Below, one piece after another: positions 28,822 through 43,121 of a stretch of DNA of 64,000 nucleotides. The stretch is from assembly GCA_951406725.2 (NCBI GenBank), contig OX597832.1, positions 22,444,001-22,508,000 on the forward strand, read 5' to 3'. The notes beneath the pieces were generated by a model. The model was not told where the DNA came from. It searched no databases and saw nothing but the letters and a program-made list of their open reading frames with translations. The translations under genes and the position numbers were made by a program. Position 1 is the stretch's first letter, and every line of letters begins with the position of its first letter. The stretch is from Octopus vulgaris. Taxonomy: Eukaryota.

Positions 28822-29214
28822 TTATACACTCTCTGGGACGTATGTGGCGCCGTATTTTGAGCAAATTTCCATCTCCTCCATTTCAATGTCCCGGATGTAA
28901 CCCATCTGCGTTGATCTCGTGACGCTGGAATTGTGTCGTTCAAACCGCTTCCGCCGGACGTACTCTTTTCCTCTGAGGCACGAGCAAAGTGCATTGAGGA
29001 AGGCTTCTCTGAAGTTCCTTGACATGAAACCGTAAACAACGGGGTTGACACAACTGTTTGAGTAGGCCATCAAGAAAAATGCTTCCCGCATTGGTTTTAG
29101 GTAGCCAAAGTTCAACAAGGGCAGATAACCGTAAGCGACCAGTAAGTTGTTGGTCAAGATTGGTGCCCAGCAAATGACAAAAAGGACGATGACCAATACC
29201 AACATTTTGATAAC
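28822..29214 (-). CDS. GPCR last coding exon (TM6, TM7, C-tail); CCK/QRFP-receptor-like orphan neuropeptide receptor
   Basis: Acceptor ttctattcctaacag, VIKMLVLVIVLFVICWAP (CWxP)...NSCVNPVVYGFMSRNFR (NPxxY plus helix 8)...PESV then TAA; 393 nt in frame. Subfamily assignment is inference. Confidence 0.95.
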   Translation of the reverse strand, partial: VIKMLVLVIVLFVICWAPILTNNLLVAYGYLPLLNFGYLKPMREAFFLMAYSNSCVNPVVYGFMSRNFREAFLNALCSCLRGKEYVRRKRFERHNSSVTRSTQMGYIRDIEMEEMEICSKYGATYVPESV

Positions 29215-29357
29215 CTGTTAGGAATAGAAAGAAATCATATATTAGTATCATGTATATTATAATACTTATAGATGAAGTTATATTATACATACTAGACGCC
29301 ATGATAGATAGTTAGCCACTACACACATTTTTTTCTCTCCTTGTTTTTTCTGTGTAC

Positions 29358-29396
29358 CTTTCTGTAGAAGAAGAGCGTAGGCTCGAAACGTAAAAG
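29358..29396 (+). ncRNA. Degenerate minimal hammerhead-like motif in a Penelope-like fragment (about 29300-29490)
   Basis: CUUU CUGUAGA A(GAA) GAGC-GUAG-GCUC GAAA C GUA AAAG; stem III palindrome ACGU; A6U core change and a 3-nt duplication. Confidence 0.45.
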
Positions 29397-29505
29397 ACTT
29401 TTTCTATTCCTGAGCGTTATACTAATACATCTGTTTGTTTTGTACACCACCTGTCTTCGTCTTTTGTTTTTTTCGTAAACTTTCCTTATATTATACATAC
29501 ATACA

Positions 29506-29905
29506 TAGGCGCAGCAGTGGCTGTGTGGTAAGTAGCTTGTTTACCAACCACATGGTTCCGGGTTCAGTCCCACTGCTTGGCACCTTGGGCAAGTGTCTTC
29601 TACTATAGCCTCGAGCCGACCAAAGCCTTGTGAGTGGATTTGGTAGACGGAAACTGAAAGAAGCCCATCGTATATATGTATATATATGTATGTGAGTGTA
29701 TGTTTGTGTGTCTGTGTTTGTCCCCCTAGCATTGCTTGACAACCGATGCTGGTGCGTTTATGTCCCCGTCACTTAGCGGTTCGGCAAAAGAGAGCGATAG
29801 AATAAGTACTGGGCTTACAAAAGAATAAGTCCCGGGGTCGAGTTGCTCGATTAAAGGTGGTGCTCAAGCATGGCCGCAGTCAAAATGACTGAAACAAGTA
29901 AAAAA
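29506..29905 (+). mobile_element. SINE family B, full length
   Basis: Same structure as 19229-19665. Confidence 0.85.
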
Positions 29906-29990
29906 ATACATACACACACACATATATATATATGCCTCTACATATGTACGCACACATATATATATGATTATACGTACATATGTACACACA

Positions 29991-30195
29991 TACGAGTGGG
30001 GGGGGTGCTGAAAAGTTCCAGCTTTAAGGGTGTTGCAAACGACCTGGTTGAACACCCATCTTCCCGAGTTCTTTCAACGACCGCAGCAATAAGGCAATAA
30101 GTATGTGAATCTGAGAATGGAACGTGTTGAATAAAATCATAATTAACTGATCCACCTGTATTTTCTTTTACTCAAAGCCAGGAACTTTTCAGTTC
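29991..30195. mobile_element. Mariner-like MITE
   Basis: tacgag...ctgaaaagttcc...gcttt / aaagcca-ggaacttttcag inverted termini. Confidence 0.5.
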
Positions 30196-30626
30196 TACAT
30201 CATATATGTGTGTGACTGAAGCCATTCACACACACATACATACATACATAACAACAGCTGTCTGTTTGTTTTTGTCTGTCAATCACTCACTAAGAAATTT
30301 TAAAAATCTGTTATCTCTCTCCCTCCCTCCCTCTCTTTACACCGTCGCTAGAAGGGGACTTAACTCATGTTTCGTAAATAATAATGGCGTCACTACAGTG
30401 GATTTCTCCGCCGTGAAAATTGAAGTTATGGCTCAAAATTATTTACCGCTATTCGTGAGTGCCTCGGGGGGGAAAATAATTTTACGAAAATACAGATAGG
30501 ATCGTGACGAATGTCCTCCTAAAATATGAGCGACATGCGTACTAATTTGTGGATGTGCATAAACTACAATGACGTACACACACACACACATCCTGCCTTA
30601 TATATATACAGATAATAGTAATAGTA

Positions 30627-30709
<83 letters not shown>

Positions 30710-30720
30710 TTTCGAGATAC

Positions 30721-30832
30721 CTGTTTCCGTGTTTGATCATCTTTTGTAGTGTTCGTTTTCATTTTAATCCTGGATTTATAGAATGGATCCTTTTCCGAAA
30801 GATTTGTACTCTGAGTAGGACATGTGTCATTT
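30721..30832 (-). CDS. GPCR internal exon (ICL3), absent from the ORF track
   Basis: Acceptor gattccag, 1+111 nt reading (Q)NDTCPTQSTNLSEKDPFYKSRIKMKTNTTKDDQTRKQ, donor GTATCT. Exactly repairs the phase 2 to phase 0 mismatch between the flanking exons and gives ...TRKQ|VIKML at the start of TM6. Confidence 0.88.
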
Positions 30833-31014
30833 CTGGAATCATTTCAAAAGGTAAAACATAAAATATGCGTGTTTACGACCAGGAATTCATACATTTAAAA
30901 CGGCATCGACAAATGAAAATTATTTTATTGGATATCTTTTAAGTACTCTTACGCACTGAAACGAGATTCCAAAATTGGTTTTAAATTGCTACCTAGTTAA
31001 TGTCAACATATGAT

Positions 31015-31690
<676 letters not shown>

Positions 31691-31998
31691 ACTCAATCGT
31701 CCCATTCTTTCTCGCTCCCTTTGATTTCGGAAGAAATATTCCCATCAGCCGGGCAACTGACATTTATTAATTACATTCTTCTTGTCCCAAACACATACTT
31801 TGTTACCCCAGACAACAATACCCGGTTCCCTTGGACTGGAATGTTCCACCATCCTTTGTTTCGTCGAGGATTATGCACGTTCTCTATATTTATCTCCGGA
31901 CATTCTTTATCTTAGGATTGCATTGTGTATTGTTTTAGCGACAGTCATGGCGCATTGAGAGGTAGCACCTTGATGACTGTTATGGGTAGCTGCTGATC

Positions 31999-32998
31999 AT
32001 GTATGTATGTATGTATGTATGTATGTATGCATGTATGTATGTATGTATGTATGTATGTATGTATGTATGTACGTATGTATGTATGTGTGTTTGTCTGTAC
32101 GTATGCATGTATGTATGCATGTATGTATGTATATATGTATGTATGTACGTACGTATGTATGTATGTATGTATGTATGCATGTATTTATGTACGTACGTAT
32201 GTATGTATGTATGTATGTATGTATGTATGTACGTACGTATGTATGTATGTATGTATGTATGCATGTATTTATGTATGTATGTATGCATGTATGTATGTAT
32301 GTATGTATGTATGTACGTACGTATGTATGTATGTATGTACGCACGTACGTACGTATGTATGTATGTATGTATGTATGTATGTATGTATGTATGTATGTAT
32401 GTATGTATGTATGTATGTACGCACGTACGTACGTACGTATGTATGTATGTATGTACGTATGTATGTACGTACGTGTGTATGCATGTATGTATGCTTGAAT
32501 GTCTGTATGTGTGTATGTATGTATGTATATATGTGTGTGTCTATGTATGGATGTATATATGCATGTATGCTTGTATGTCTGTATTTATGCATGCATGCAA
32601 GTGTGGGTGTATGTATGTATGTTATGTTATGTATGTGTGTATGTATGTGTGTATGTATGTATGTATATAGGCTATGTATGCGTGTTATGTATTATGTTAT
32701 ACATGCTATGTGAGTTATGTATGCATGTTATGTTATATTATGTACGTACGTATGTATGTATGCATCTATGTATGTATGTATGTTATGTATGTATATATGT
32801 ATGTATGCATGTATGTATGTATGTATATATGTATGCATGTATGTATGTTATGTACGCCTGTTATATATTATGTTATGTATGTATGCTATATATGTATGTG
32901 TATATGTATTTATGCATGTTATGTATGTATGTTATGTATTTATGTATGTATGCATGTTATGCATGTATGTATGTATGTATGTATGTATGTTATGTATA
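31999..32998. repeat. About 1 kb degenerate (TATG)n tract
   Basis: Direct inspection. Confidence 0.95.
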
Positions 32999-33204
32999 CC
33001 TGGTCTTTGGTCTTAACGGTCTTTGTTGTCCATATTCACGACACTGGTTAAACCGAGTTCTCTTATTTTAATTATTTTAATTATGCAAATTACTCTAAGC
33101 CCAAAATATTCTCTACTCTCATTTTGAACATATCCAAGTATTACAACAGCACCATCATCAACAGTAACACCACATGAAGAATTTTGCCAAAATCAATAAC
33201 TTAC

Positions 33205-33407
33205 TGCCCGTTTATCATAGCCGTTCTGGTATGGCTGACAATCCATAGTTCTTTACAGATACTGGTGTAGGCAAAAGACATGACCGTTACTGGAATTAGT
33301 AAGATTATAGACATCATATAAAATTCGTATATTTTATCTATCGTATCCGATGCCCAGTTTTCTATGCACCAATAGCCTTTTCTGATGGAACCCACTTCTT
33401 CATGACT
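33205..33407 (-). CDS. GPCR internal exon (ECL2 with conserved Cys, TM5)
   Basis: Acceptor ttttttgcag, SHEEVGSIRKGYWCIENW...YEFYMMSIILLIPVTVMSFAYTSICKELW...ING+CA, donor GTAAGT. Starts in phase 0, matching the previous exon; ends in phase 2. Confidence 0.93.
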
Positions 33408-33889
33408 CTGCAAAAAAATGGTAAATTATAAAAATAAACAAGTTTGTAAAATACTAATTAAATCAATGTTTACTGAAGAGGAAAAAGTAAAGAAACAGTT
33501 AGACAAAACAATGTTGATTAATGACAGTGTTATTTATTTAGGTAAGGGCAACAATTTAAGGTACGTTTTGGATTTATTTAAACCTCATCAGCGAATCATA
33601 CTTTCATTGTTTTCCCCAAATAGGGATGAGAAAAACATCTCGTTTTGAATGTACATGGTTAGCGTAGAAGAAATAGAGTTGTTTAGAGAACCTAAATAAA
33701 TAAATAAATAAATAGATAAGTGCATGAATAACTAATGAAAGCTAATAGTAAAAATGTGTCTGCTTGTATAATAGTTATTAAGATTGTATTAGTAAATTTA
33801 AAGTTGTTAGTATTTTTTAAGAAATCTGGTGAAAAGGAAAACACAATCAAATAAGCAAAACAAAGCAATATTAGTACAGTTCTATATTT

Positions 33890-34140
33890 AGGAGATGAGG
33901 AATTATCTACATTATTTACATTATTTACATTTGACGGATATTTGTCCTCATCGACACAACGTTTCGGCTGATATACCCTCCAGCCTTCATGAGGTGCCCT
34001 GGGGAAATTTCAAACCTGGATTCTCATTCCTAAGGTATTTGTCGATGTTGTTGTTGTTGTTATTATTCAGGTCATTGCCTGGAATTGAACTCGGGATCTT
34101 GGGGTTAGTAGCCCACGCTCTTAACCACTACGCCATATGC
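33890..34140 (-). mobile_element. tRNA-headed SINE carrying a Penelope-type hammerhead motif (33953-33998)
   Basis: Head gcatatggcgtagtggttaagagcgtgggctactaaccccaagatcccgagttcaattcc, (AAC)n linker, GGCAC CUCAUGA A GGCUG..CAGCC GAAAC GUU GUGUC, tail (AATGTAAAT)n. Confidence 0.65.
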
Positions 34141-34264
34141 TCGAAAGGATAAATAAATTACCACGGAAGGATGAACGTCAATGATGATCTCAGCGTAATT
34201 TGAAAACAGAATGCAAGAAGATGAAATTAAGATACGGCATGTATGAGTGTTTTTTTTTCTTATA

Positions 34265-34535
34265 CAGCAATCCCTCGCCATATCGCGGTTCACCTACCGC
34301 GGTTCACCTATCGCGGTTCACCTACCGCGGTTCACCTATCGCGGTTTACTATTTAAGCTTATGTCGATTCCTCTGTAGTGTAGTTTTGCATTTATAATTA
34401 AGTAAATATATACAAATTATAAAAATAATAAAAACAATTACACAGTACAGTACTGTTCGTACTTCACGGATTTTCACCAATCACGGGGGATGGGTGGGTT
34501 GTAACGTAACACCTGCGACTGTCGAGGGATTAGTG
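34265..34535. mobile_element. Tigger/pogo-like MITE with internal 14-bp tandem repeat
   Basis: TA|CAGCAATCCCTCG ... CGAGGGATTAGTG|TA; (TAYCGCGGTTCACC)x4.7 at 34281-34346. Confidence 0.7.
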
Positions 34536-35824
34536 TATATATAGCAATTAAAATAAACGGGGACACACAATTAATTCTCATACGTTCTGCTGTTGGGCTG
34601 TTGGTTGTGCTTGCGCTACGGCGAGATAGATATTCGCAGTTTACGGCAATTTGATCCTTGTCCCTATATCAATGCTTATGAAATAAGCAAATTACAGAAC
34701 TTGACACTTTGCATTTGAAATTAGATCTATGTATATGTGCGTTGTTGGCTGGAATGGTCGAGAGCTTTCATATGCAATGTTCGCAAAGACGCTTGAACTT
34801 ACATGGACAATAAATATACTCTGTCTAATGTATTGTGTTCTTTTATTTTGTATATATACTTTATAAATATGGATAAGCAGAAATCTATGACTATACCTGC
34901 ATACGCATATAAACTCGGTCCTTTTTGTCTGTTAATTTACATATTTATGATGAAACATATCGAGCACTTAAGAGGTGAGGTTTCATAATGATGGCTGTTT
35001 AAAATGGACGATAGTTCACCAACGATTCACTCTCTTTGTTTATTTGGTATAACATTAAACAAAGACTAATGGCTAACCCCAGTTATAAAAGGTAGGTGAC
35101 CTAACAAGTTCTAACTTTAGTTATCGGTTGAAGAGACATTAGAACAACTTGCTGAATTCATGCACTGAGTCAAAATGCATAAAACTAAATTATTATTAAA
35201 ATAAAATTATTAACCATATCCGTTTTGCGTAGAAGAATTCCTTTCTAAATTCCAATAGTCTCTATATCAGAGACAATAGTCAGAGCCATGAAATGCTTTA
35301 ATTTCCATTCAACATTTCATTGAACACTTCGCTATAGTCTTGTACGAATTAATGTGTTCTAGATAGCAACTTGCTCGGGAACGTATGTATGCATGCGTGT
35401 ATGTATGAGTGTATGTATGTATGGACGTATGTATGTATGTATATATGTGTGTGTATGTATTTATGTATGTATGTATATCTTTATGTTCATATGTATGTAC
35501 GTATGTGTGTATGTGTGTATGTGTACTTGAGTATGTATTTATGTATGTGTGTATATTTGTACGTTTATACGCATGTATGTATGTATGTATGCATGTGTGT
35601 ATGTAGATACGTATTTATGTATGTGTGTGTATGCATTTATGCATGCTCGTATGTATGTATGTGTGTGTTTATGTATGTATGTATGTATGTATTGTTCTTT
35701 CTGATTTTAATTATTTAAATTCTTCCTTTGAAAAGGAAGCTGGTTTCTAACAAAGATACAAAGCTCTATCGTTGGAACATAGATAACGAAAAACAATGAC
35801 GTATGTATGCGTGTATGTAAAAAA

Positions 35825-35929
<105 letters not shown>

Positions 35930-35940
35930 GTTATCTATCT

Positions 35941-36037
35941 GGAGCCGACCTGCCCGAGATGCGGTCAGAGCGACAAAACCGTTCTGCACGCAATCGTGCA
36001 GTATCCAACCATTTCCGACCTGTGGGCTTATGTCGAA
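35941..36037 (+). pseudogene. L1/Tx1 ORF2 C-terminal zinc-knuckle fragment
   Basis: EPTCPRCGQSDKTVLHAIVQYPTISDLWAYVE resembles CxxC..ETxxH...C..LW, with the last Cys mutated. Confidence 0.6.
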
Positions 36038-36503
36038 AGACATAATTGGAAGATAGGGGCTGGGGGCTAAACTTTTAGAAAGTTGAAAAATAAGGGCCAT
36101 TCTAATGTATATATATATATATTTAAAAATATGTATATTTAAAAAAAAAAGAATTGTACTTTTAAAAATGGATTTTAATCTGTATATATATATATATATA
36201 TACAGTAAGCTTTGCTGCCAAGCTTACTGTTTAAACCATGTTTGTGTTCTCCCAGTAAGCAGCCTTATCATTACTGGTACTTTAAACTCTTCGGTTGCAT
36301 ATTTGTGTGAATAAAATTGTTTTTCTTTGGAATAGAAAAAAAGTCTATCTTTATTTCTTCTTTTGCTGATGTCTCAAATTTAGGTTAAATCAATGTTTCT
36401 CAAAGGGGAAACCTATAAAACGGTCGGACAAGTTGTTTTGAGAAAATTTGGTTTAAATGTTTGACAACCTAGCACCGTCCATTGGACGGGGAGCGTTTTG
36501 CGC

Positions 36504-36543
<40 letters not shown>

Positions 36544-37387
36544 TGTGGTCGTTTCCGCTCGCGCAGGTACCACTCGACAACTGCACGGGTCCACCGATTA
36601 TCAGTGAGCCGGGTGACGTGTCGAGCCCATCTAAACTTGCTGTGTGTATATTCTGGAGTTACGATTTCAGGAGGACGATTGGGATCACGTGGATAAGAAA
36701 GGCGCCTCCCTCTATATCTCCATATATGTATTGTTCATAATCTATAAATATATACCATTGTTAAAGCGACGATCTGGTAGAATCGTTATCACTCCAGGCT
36801 AAGTGCTGAGCGGCATTTCGTCCATTTTAATGTTTGGAGGTCAAATTCCGCCGAGGTGGAGTTCTTAGGTTGATGAAATAAGAACGATTTGAGCACTCGG
36901 GTGGAAGCAATCGACTTACCCCTTACCCTAAATAACTGCCGAAATTTGAAACAGATTTATATATACCGTCGTTAGTTCTGTTATCACGTTTCCCGTCCTG
37001 AGACGTCCTATAGACGTGCCCACAATAACTACGGCAGGTAGACGAAGAGTTTCCCTTCCAACGGGCACCGAAAACGCCAGTGTATTTCGGCCTTCATTGG
37101 GTCTTTCCTATAACGTGTATTCGCAGCCGACCACATACATGGCCGGGCATGCGCATATATGTGTATGAGTACGTATGTATGTATGTATGGATATGTCCTT
37201 GTGGTGAGAAGCATTTTGTGCGCATGTGTATATATAAACATTCTATATTCACCACTCAAAACATAAAAACAGTTTGCAATAATCTACAAATGTTTCTTCT
37301 AAATGTTTTCTCAGTTGACCATTCAAATGTCGTACAAATGAAAGCGTTCGCCATACTTCACATTGAAAAAAAAGTATCTATGTCCAT

Positions 37388-37500
<113 letters not shown>

Positions 37501-37904
37501 AATCTATGTTCACATCTCTATTTTTCTATTCATCCCTGGATATAATTAGTTTTTACTCAGAAATCAAACTGAAAATCATATCTATCTTTCAGTTCCATTT
37601 CTTTCAACGAAATTATAGATGTAAATCTAAATATTTTCTAAAATATACAATGCAACAGATGTGTCAACGAAAAAGAAAAAAAAAAAGAAAAACGATGCAA
37701 ATTTTGATTTATAAACAAACACGTTTGTATTTTTTCCACCCGAAATACTCTTAGGACTCTATGCGTTAAGACAGAGGAAAAATTTAACTCGAAATTACAC
37801 TTCATTAGATTATTTAGACAAACACACACAAACACACACACACACACACACACACTTAAATGTATGCGTATACGAATAAATAAACATATACATATATCTA
37901 TGCC

Positions 37905-37986
<82 letters not shown>

Positions 37987-38077
37987 TATATATATATATA
38001 TTATATACATATATTATTTATTGTTATCTGTTTGAACGCCACACATACATTTCCAAGTTAATTTATCTTTGTCTTTT

Positions 38078-38113
<36 letters not shown>

Positions 38114-38193
38114 TATACACACACGTACACATATACACAATCACATACATATGTACATTTACAGACACACGCTCACATATATATGTACACACA

Positions 38194-38231
<38 letters not shown>

Positions 38232-38593
38232 TAATTATATGTATAACTATGTATATATGTTCATAAATATGTATGTATGTATGTATGTGTATGTATGTAT
38301 GTATGTATGTATGTATGTATGTATGTATGTGTATGTATGTATGTATGTATGTATGTGTGTTTGTGTGTGTGTACGTGCGCCTGTATGTGTTTAAGATTGT
38401 TGCTGGATTTACAGAACTGTCAGAACTGGCTGACAAATTAAATTCTGAACGTTGTGCAACGCAAATGCATTGAAGCTGTGTGTTATTACTCTGCTAAAAT
38501 GCTTTTATCTCACAGAATAAAATACATCCGAAATATTTATCATAATGGCAATTCTATAGTTATGTACGTACACATACATACAAACATACATAG

Positions 38594-38629
<36 letters not shown>

Positions 38630-38878
38630 CACGCATGCAGTCATTCATATATGCATATGTGCATATGCACGTGTGTGTGTAAATATGTGTGCATACATAC
38701 GCTTGCGTGTGATGTTGTTTTTCAAAAATTGTTTGAATTCTTCCTATAGGAAATAAGATGTGGTTTCAACCAAAGAAATACAAATTCGTCTTTAGAATTT
38801 ATACGACTATGAAGAACTACATAATCGTGTCTCCTTTTGTATACACGTATCTATATACATTCACGCGTGCACACACAT

Positions 38879-38930
<52 letters not shown>

Positions 38931-39169
38931 GTGTATATATGTATATACATATATGCATATATATGCATATATATATACACACACAAACACACACAATATA
39001 TATATACATACATGTGTATGTATATATATACTTATGTGAGTGTGTGTGTTTGAGAGCGTGCGTGCGTATATATATATATATATATATATAAATCCAGGTG
39101 CTCCAGCATGGCCGAAGTCAATGACTGCAACATGCAAAGGAATAAAAAATAAAAGAATATATTTAAATG

Positions 39170-39221
<52 letters not shown>

Positions 39222-39369
39222 CATGTGTGTGTGCGTGTACAGTGTGCGAAGGATATTTGAGGACAGTTTTGGTAGACAATAAAACAATTATATTTCATGT
39301 TAAATAAATCTGTATTTGAATAAACATTTGTGCAATTAGTCTTGATAATGAGAAGCAAATTATTCATCG

Positions 39370-40015
39370 GCTACGATGACTGCATCATTGCTGGCATGCT
39401 GAGACTACCTCGGTCCTTATTCAGATTGCACATCACCTGGACAAAGGCGGCCTTCAGTGAAGCTATGGTTTTATAAGGATGACGATTAACCTCTCTTTCA
39501 ACAGCGCTCCACAAATAGCAATCCATGGGGGTTGAAATCTGGCGAGTTTGGAGGCCACATATTGAGTGTTACATAATCGTAAATATTGTCAGACAATCAT
39601 TCTTGTGTGACTAGGGCTTTGTGAGAATGTGCTGAATCTTGTTGAAACACGCACGGCTTTCCAGAGCATACATCATCGACCCATGGCTTGATAACAGTTT
39701 CCAGTACCTCAATATATCCAGCAGCATTAATTCTAAGACCATGTCGTAAAAAGAGGGGAGACATCACATAACCTTCGCTCCTCACCACTCTTAGAACCAT
39801 CACAGCTGCTGGAAATTTCGTGAGCATCACTCTGAGTACTTCAGAAGGATTTGCACATAACCACCTGTCATTTGTACCAGGTCAAAGTTTTTTTCGTCAG
39901 AGTAAAACCAAGATACTTTTATATAATTTTGGTAAATATATCTGCTAAAATAAGATGTCAGTGTAATTTTCATTTTTACGAAATTTAGACGGCAGGTTAT
40001 TCACCGCTCCCTGTA
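39370..40015 (-). pseudogene. Tc1/mariner (maT/DD37D-like) transposase relic with one terminus
   Basis: TKFPAAVMVL...YIEVLETVIKPW...VFQQDSAHSHKA...*...WPPNSPDFNP; TA|CAGGG terminus near 40013. Confidence 0.8.
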
Positions 40016-40369
40016 TATGTATAGATAAAGTGTTTGAATTGACGCAGAGATATTGCATATTAAGAAAAAGGAGGCATACGTGTACATATATATAAGGTCA
40101 GGTAGACAGGTTATGTCACCTATACAGCTAAGCGCGTTATAGCTGCGAAACCAATGGTCACTCTCCAACAGGCCATAAGAAACAACCTTCTAAACTTATA
40201 TGTGTATGTGTGTGTGTATTGAGATATCTCCTAAGCATATTTCGTTATGTGTAGGCATCGGATGATATTTTCATATTTACTGGTCTCTCCATTTGTATGC
40301 CTTTTTATATGGATGCATGTATGAATGTAAGTTTTATTCATATCTTCTCTAAAGGAAATACATACGTAT

Positions 40370-40401
<32 letters not shown>

Positions 40402-40800
40402 ACACATATATATATTATATATACACATACGTATATATATATATATATACATATGTATATATACATACACTTATATATATATATATACATATTATATATA
40501 TATAAACATACATATATATATATATACATATATACACACATACACATATATGTATACACACACACATATATGTATACACATATACACATACAGGTATATA
40601 CATATATCTAAATCTATATCTATATATATTTATACATATATTTATTTATATATACATACATATGTATATATATATATATATATATACATGTGTGTGTATG
40701 TATATGTATATATATATATGTACACATATACATATATATACGTACATAGATGTATATATCAGTCTTTCTCTATATTTAATGTAATAAATATATGCATGTT

Positions 40801-40873
<73 letters not shown>

Positions 40874-40898
40874 ATTATGTATAAATAATATATATGTT

Positions 40899-40960
<62 letters not shown>

Positions 40961-41382
40961 CCATAATCTCTGTATGGGAAATATCATCAAAACAACGACA
41001 GCCAAAAAAGTAAAATAAGAAAGAAAAAGAAAAAGAAACGTATACAATGAACATGGCGTCATTCAGTGTGAAAAAACACGAAAACATTTCTCTGCAGACG
41101 GATATTTATCATAGCAACAACTACACTGAATGACCGAATCTTGATGTTAAGAATGAGAACAGATTAAATTTGGATTCGAGAACGGGGCAAAAAATAAAAA
41201 AAAATAATAATGTCTGAATAATTATGATGTAAGTTTGTTATTTATTCAGAGAGGCAAGTTGAAACAAGACACACATTTGTAAACGAAATTTCGAGCGTAG
41301 TGTTCGGTTACGAGCGCCGTACTTGATAATGTTAAATGTGATCTCGGCATAAAATCACGTGAAAAGACTTTACAAAGGACTT

Positions 41383-41605
41383 GGAGGCGCGTGGCTTAGT
41401 TGTTAGGGTGTCAGCATCATGATCGTAAGATTGTGGTTTCGATTCTTGGAGCGCGTGACGCGTTGTGTTCTTGAGCAAAAACACTGCATTTCACGTTGCT
41501 CCAGTCCACTCAGCTGCAAAAATGAGTAACGCTGCGATGGACTGGCGTATGCCATAGAAACCGGGAAACCGGGCCCATGAGCTTGGCTAGGCTTTAAAGG
41601 GCGCA
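41383..41605 (+). mobile_element. tRNA-derived SINE related to family C
   Basis: ggaggcgcgtggcttagtgttag...ggtttcgattc...ttgagcaaaaacac...gggaaaccgggcccatgagc. Confidence 0.65.
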
Positions 41606-41614
41606 TTTATTTAA

Positions 41615-41800
41615 TAGGCGTATGAGTGGCTGTGTGGTAAGTAGCTCACTTACGAACCACATGCTTCCGGGTTCAGCCCCACTGCGTGGCACCTTAGGCA
41701 AGTGTCTTGTCCTATATCCCCGGGCCGACCAAAGCCTTGTGGGTGGATTTGGTACGGCGGAAAATGAAAAAAGCCCGTCGTATATATGTATGTATATATG

Positions 41801-41847
<47 letters not shown>

Positions 41848-42073
41848 GTGTATGTGTGTGTGTTTGTGTGTCTCTCTTTGTCCCCCAACATCGCTTGATA
41901 ATCGATGCAGGTGTGTTTACGTCCCCGTAACTTAGCGGTTTGGCAAAAGAGACCGATAGAATAAGTACTAGGATTACAAAGAATAAGTCCTGGGGTCGAT
42001 CTGCTCGACTAAAGGTGGTGCTCCAGCATGGCCACAGTCACATGACTGAAACAAGTAAAAGAGTAAAAGAGTA
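41615..42073 (+). mobile_element. SINE family B, full length
   Basis: Head, internal microsatellite and (AGTAAAAG)n tail. Confidence 0.85.
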
Positions 42074-42246
42074 AGATAAAAATTTGTAATTAAGAATTTG
42101 TTGTTATTGTTTGGCACCGACGATGAGCAGCATCGGTCTGCTCTTGAGCTTCTTCCGAGTACAAATCTTGTCACGGTTATGTTTTATCTTTCGTACTTTC
42201 AGAGTCGATAAAACATTGTTCGTGTAAAACACTTACATCGATGGTT

Positions 42247-42669
42247 AAGGCGGGAGCTGGCAAGAAACGTTAGCACGCCGGGCGAAATGCTTTGCGGTAT
42301 TTCGTCTGCCGTTACGTTCTGAGTTCAAATTCCGCCGAGGTCGACTTTGCCTTTCATCCTTTCGGGGTCGATTAAATAAGTACTAGTTACGCACTAGGGT
42401 CGATATAATCGGCTTAATCCGTTTGTCTGTCCTTGTTTGTCTTCTCTGTGTTTAGTCCTTTGTGGTTAGTAAAGAAATAGGTATTTCGTCTGCCGTTACG
42501 TTCTGAGTTCAAATTCCGCCGACTTTGACTTTGCCTTTCATCCTTTCGGGGTCGATTAAATAAAGTACCAGTTACGCACTGGGGTCGATCTAATCGACTT
42601 AATCCGTTTGTCTGTCCTTGTTTGTCCCCTCTATGTTTAGCCCCTTGTGGGTAGTAAAGAAATAGGTAT
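42247..42669 (+). mobile_element. SINE family A tandem dimer
   Basis: Junction aaagaaatag|gtatttcgtctgcc at about 42480; the array ends aaataggtat. Confidence 0.85.
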
Positions 42670-43121
42670 GGATTAACCCCTTTCTCCAAATCTCAGACCT
42701 ATGATCAAGTAGTAGTAGTAGTTATAATTATTTATCATGGACGATAGAGCATCGGACAGCTCTTTAGCTGAGCTTCTAAGAGCAGATCTTATTGAGGTCA
42801 GCGTTGCTTTTCGTCCTCTCAGCGTCGATAACTTATAGTACACGTAACGTATTGACGTTAATAGAATCGACTAATTGCTTTGTCCAAGTCTTGGGTCTTA
42901 TGGCTAAATTAGAAATAATTATTGCTTGGCACAACGGACAGTGGTTTGGCACAATATTCTGGATTAATATCTTATTTGAGCAGATTATCTTTTTCTAGGC
43001 CTAATGGACGATATTGTCTCACGTTTCCTTCATTGGCCTGTAGCCATGCTGGGCATCACCTTCCATAGTGTTATGAAATACATTGACCTTTGTAGTCTAT
43101 TTTATCATTTCATCATTTTAT

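Noticed and set aside
36540-36720. Possible solo LTR starting TGTTG
   Set aside because: No matching CA terminus, TSD or second copy identified.
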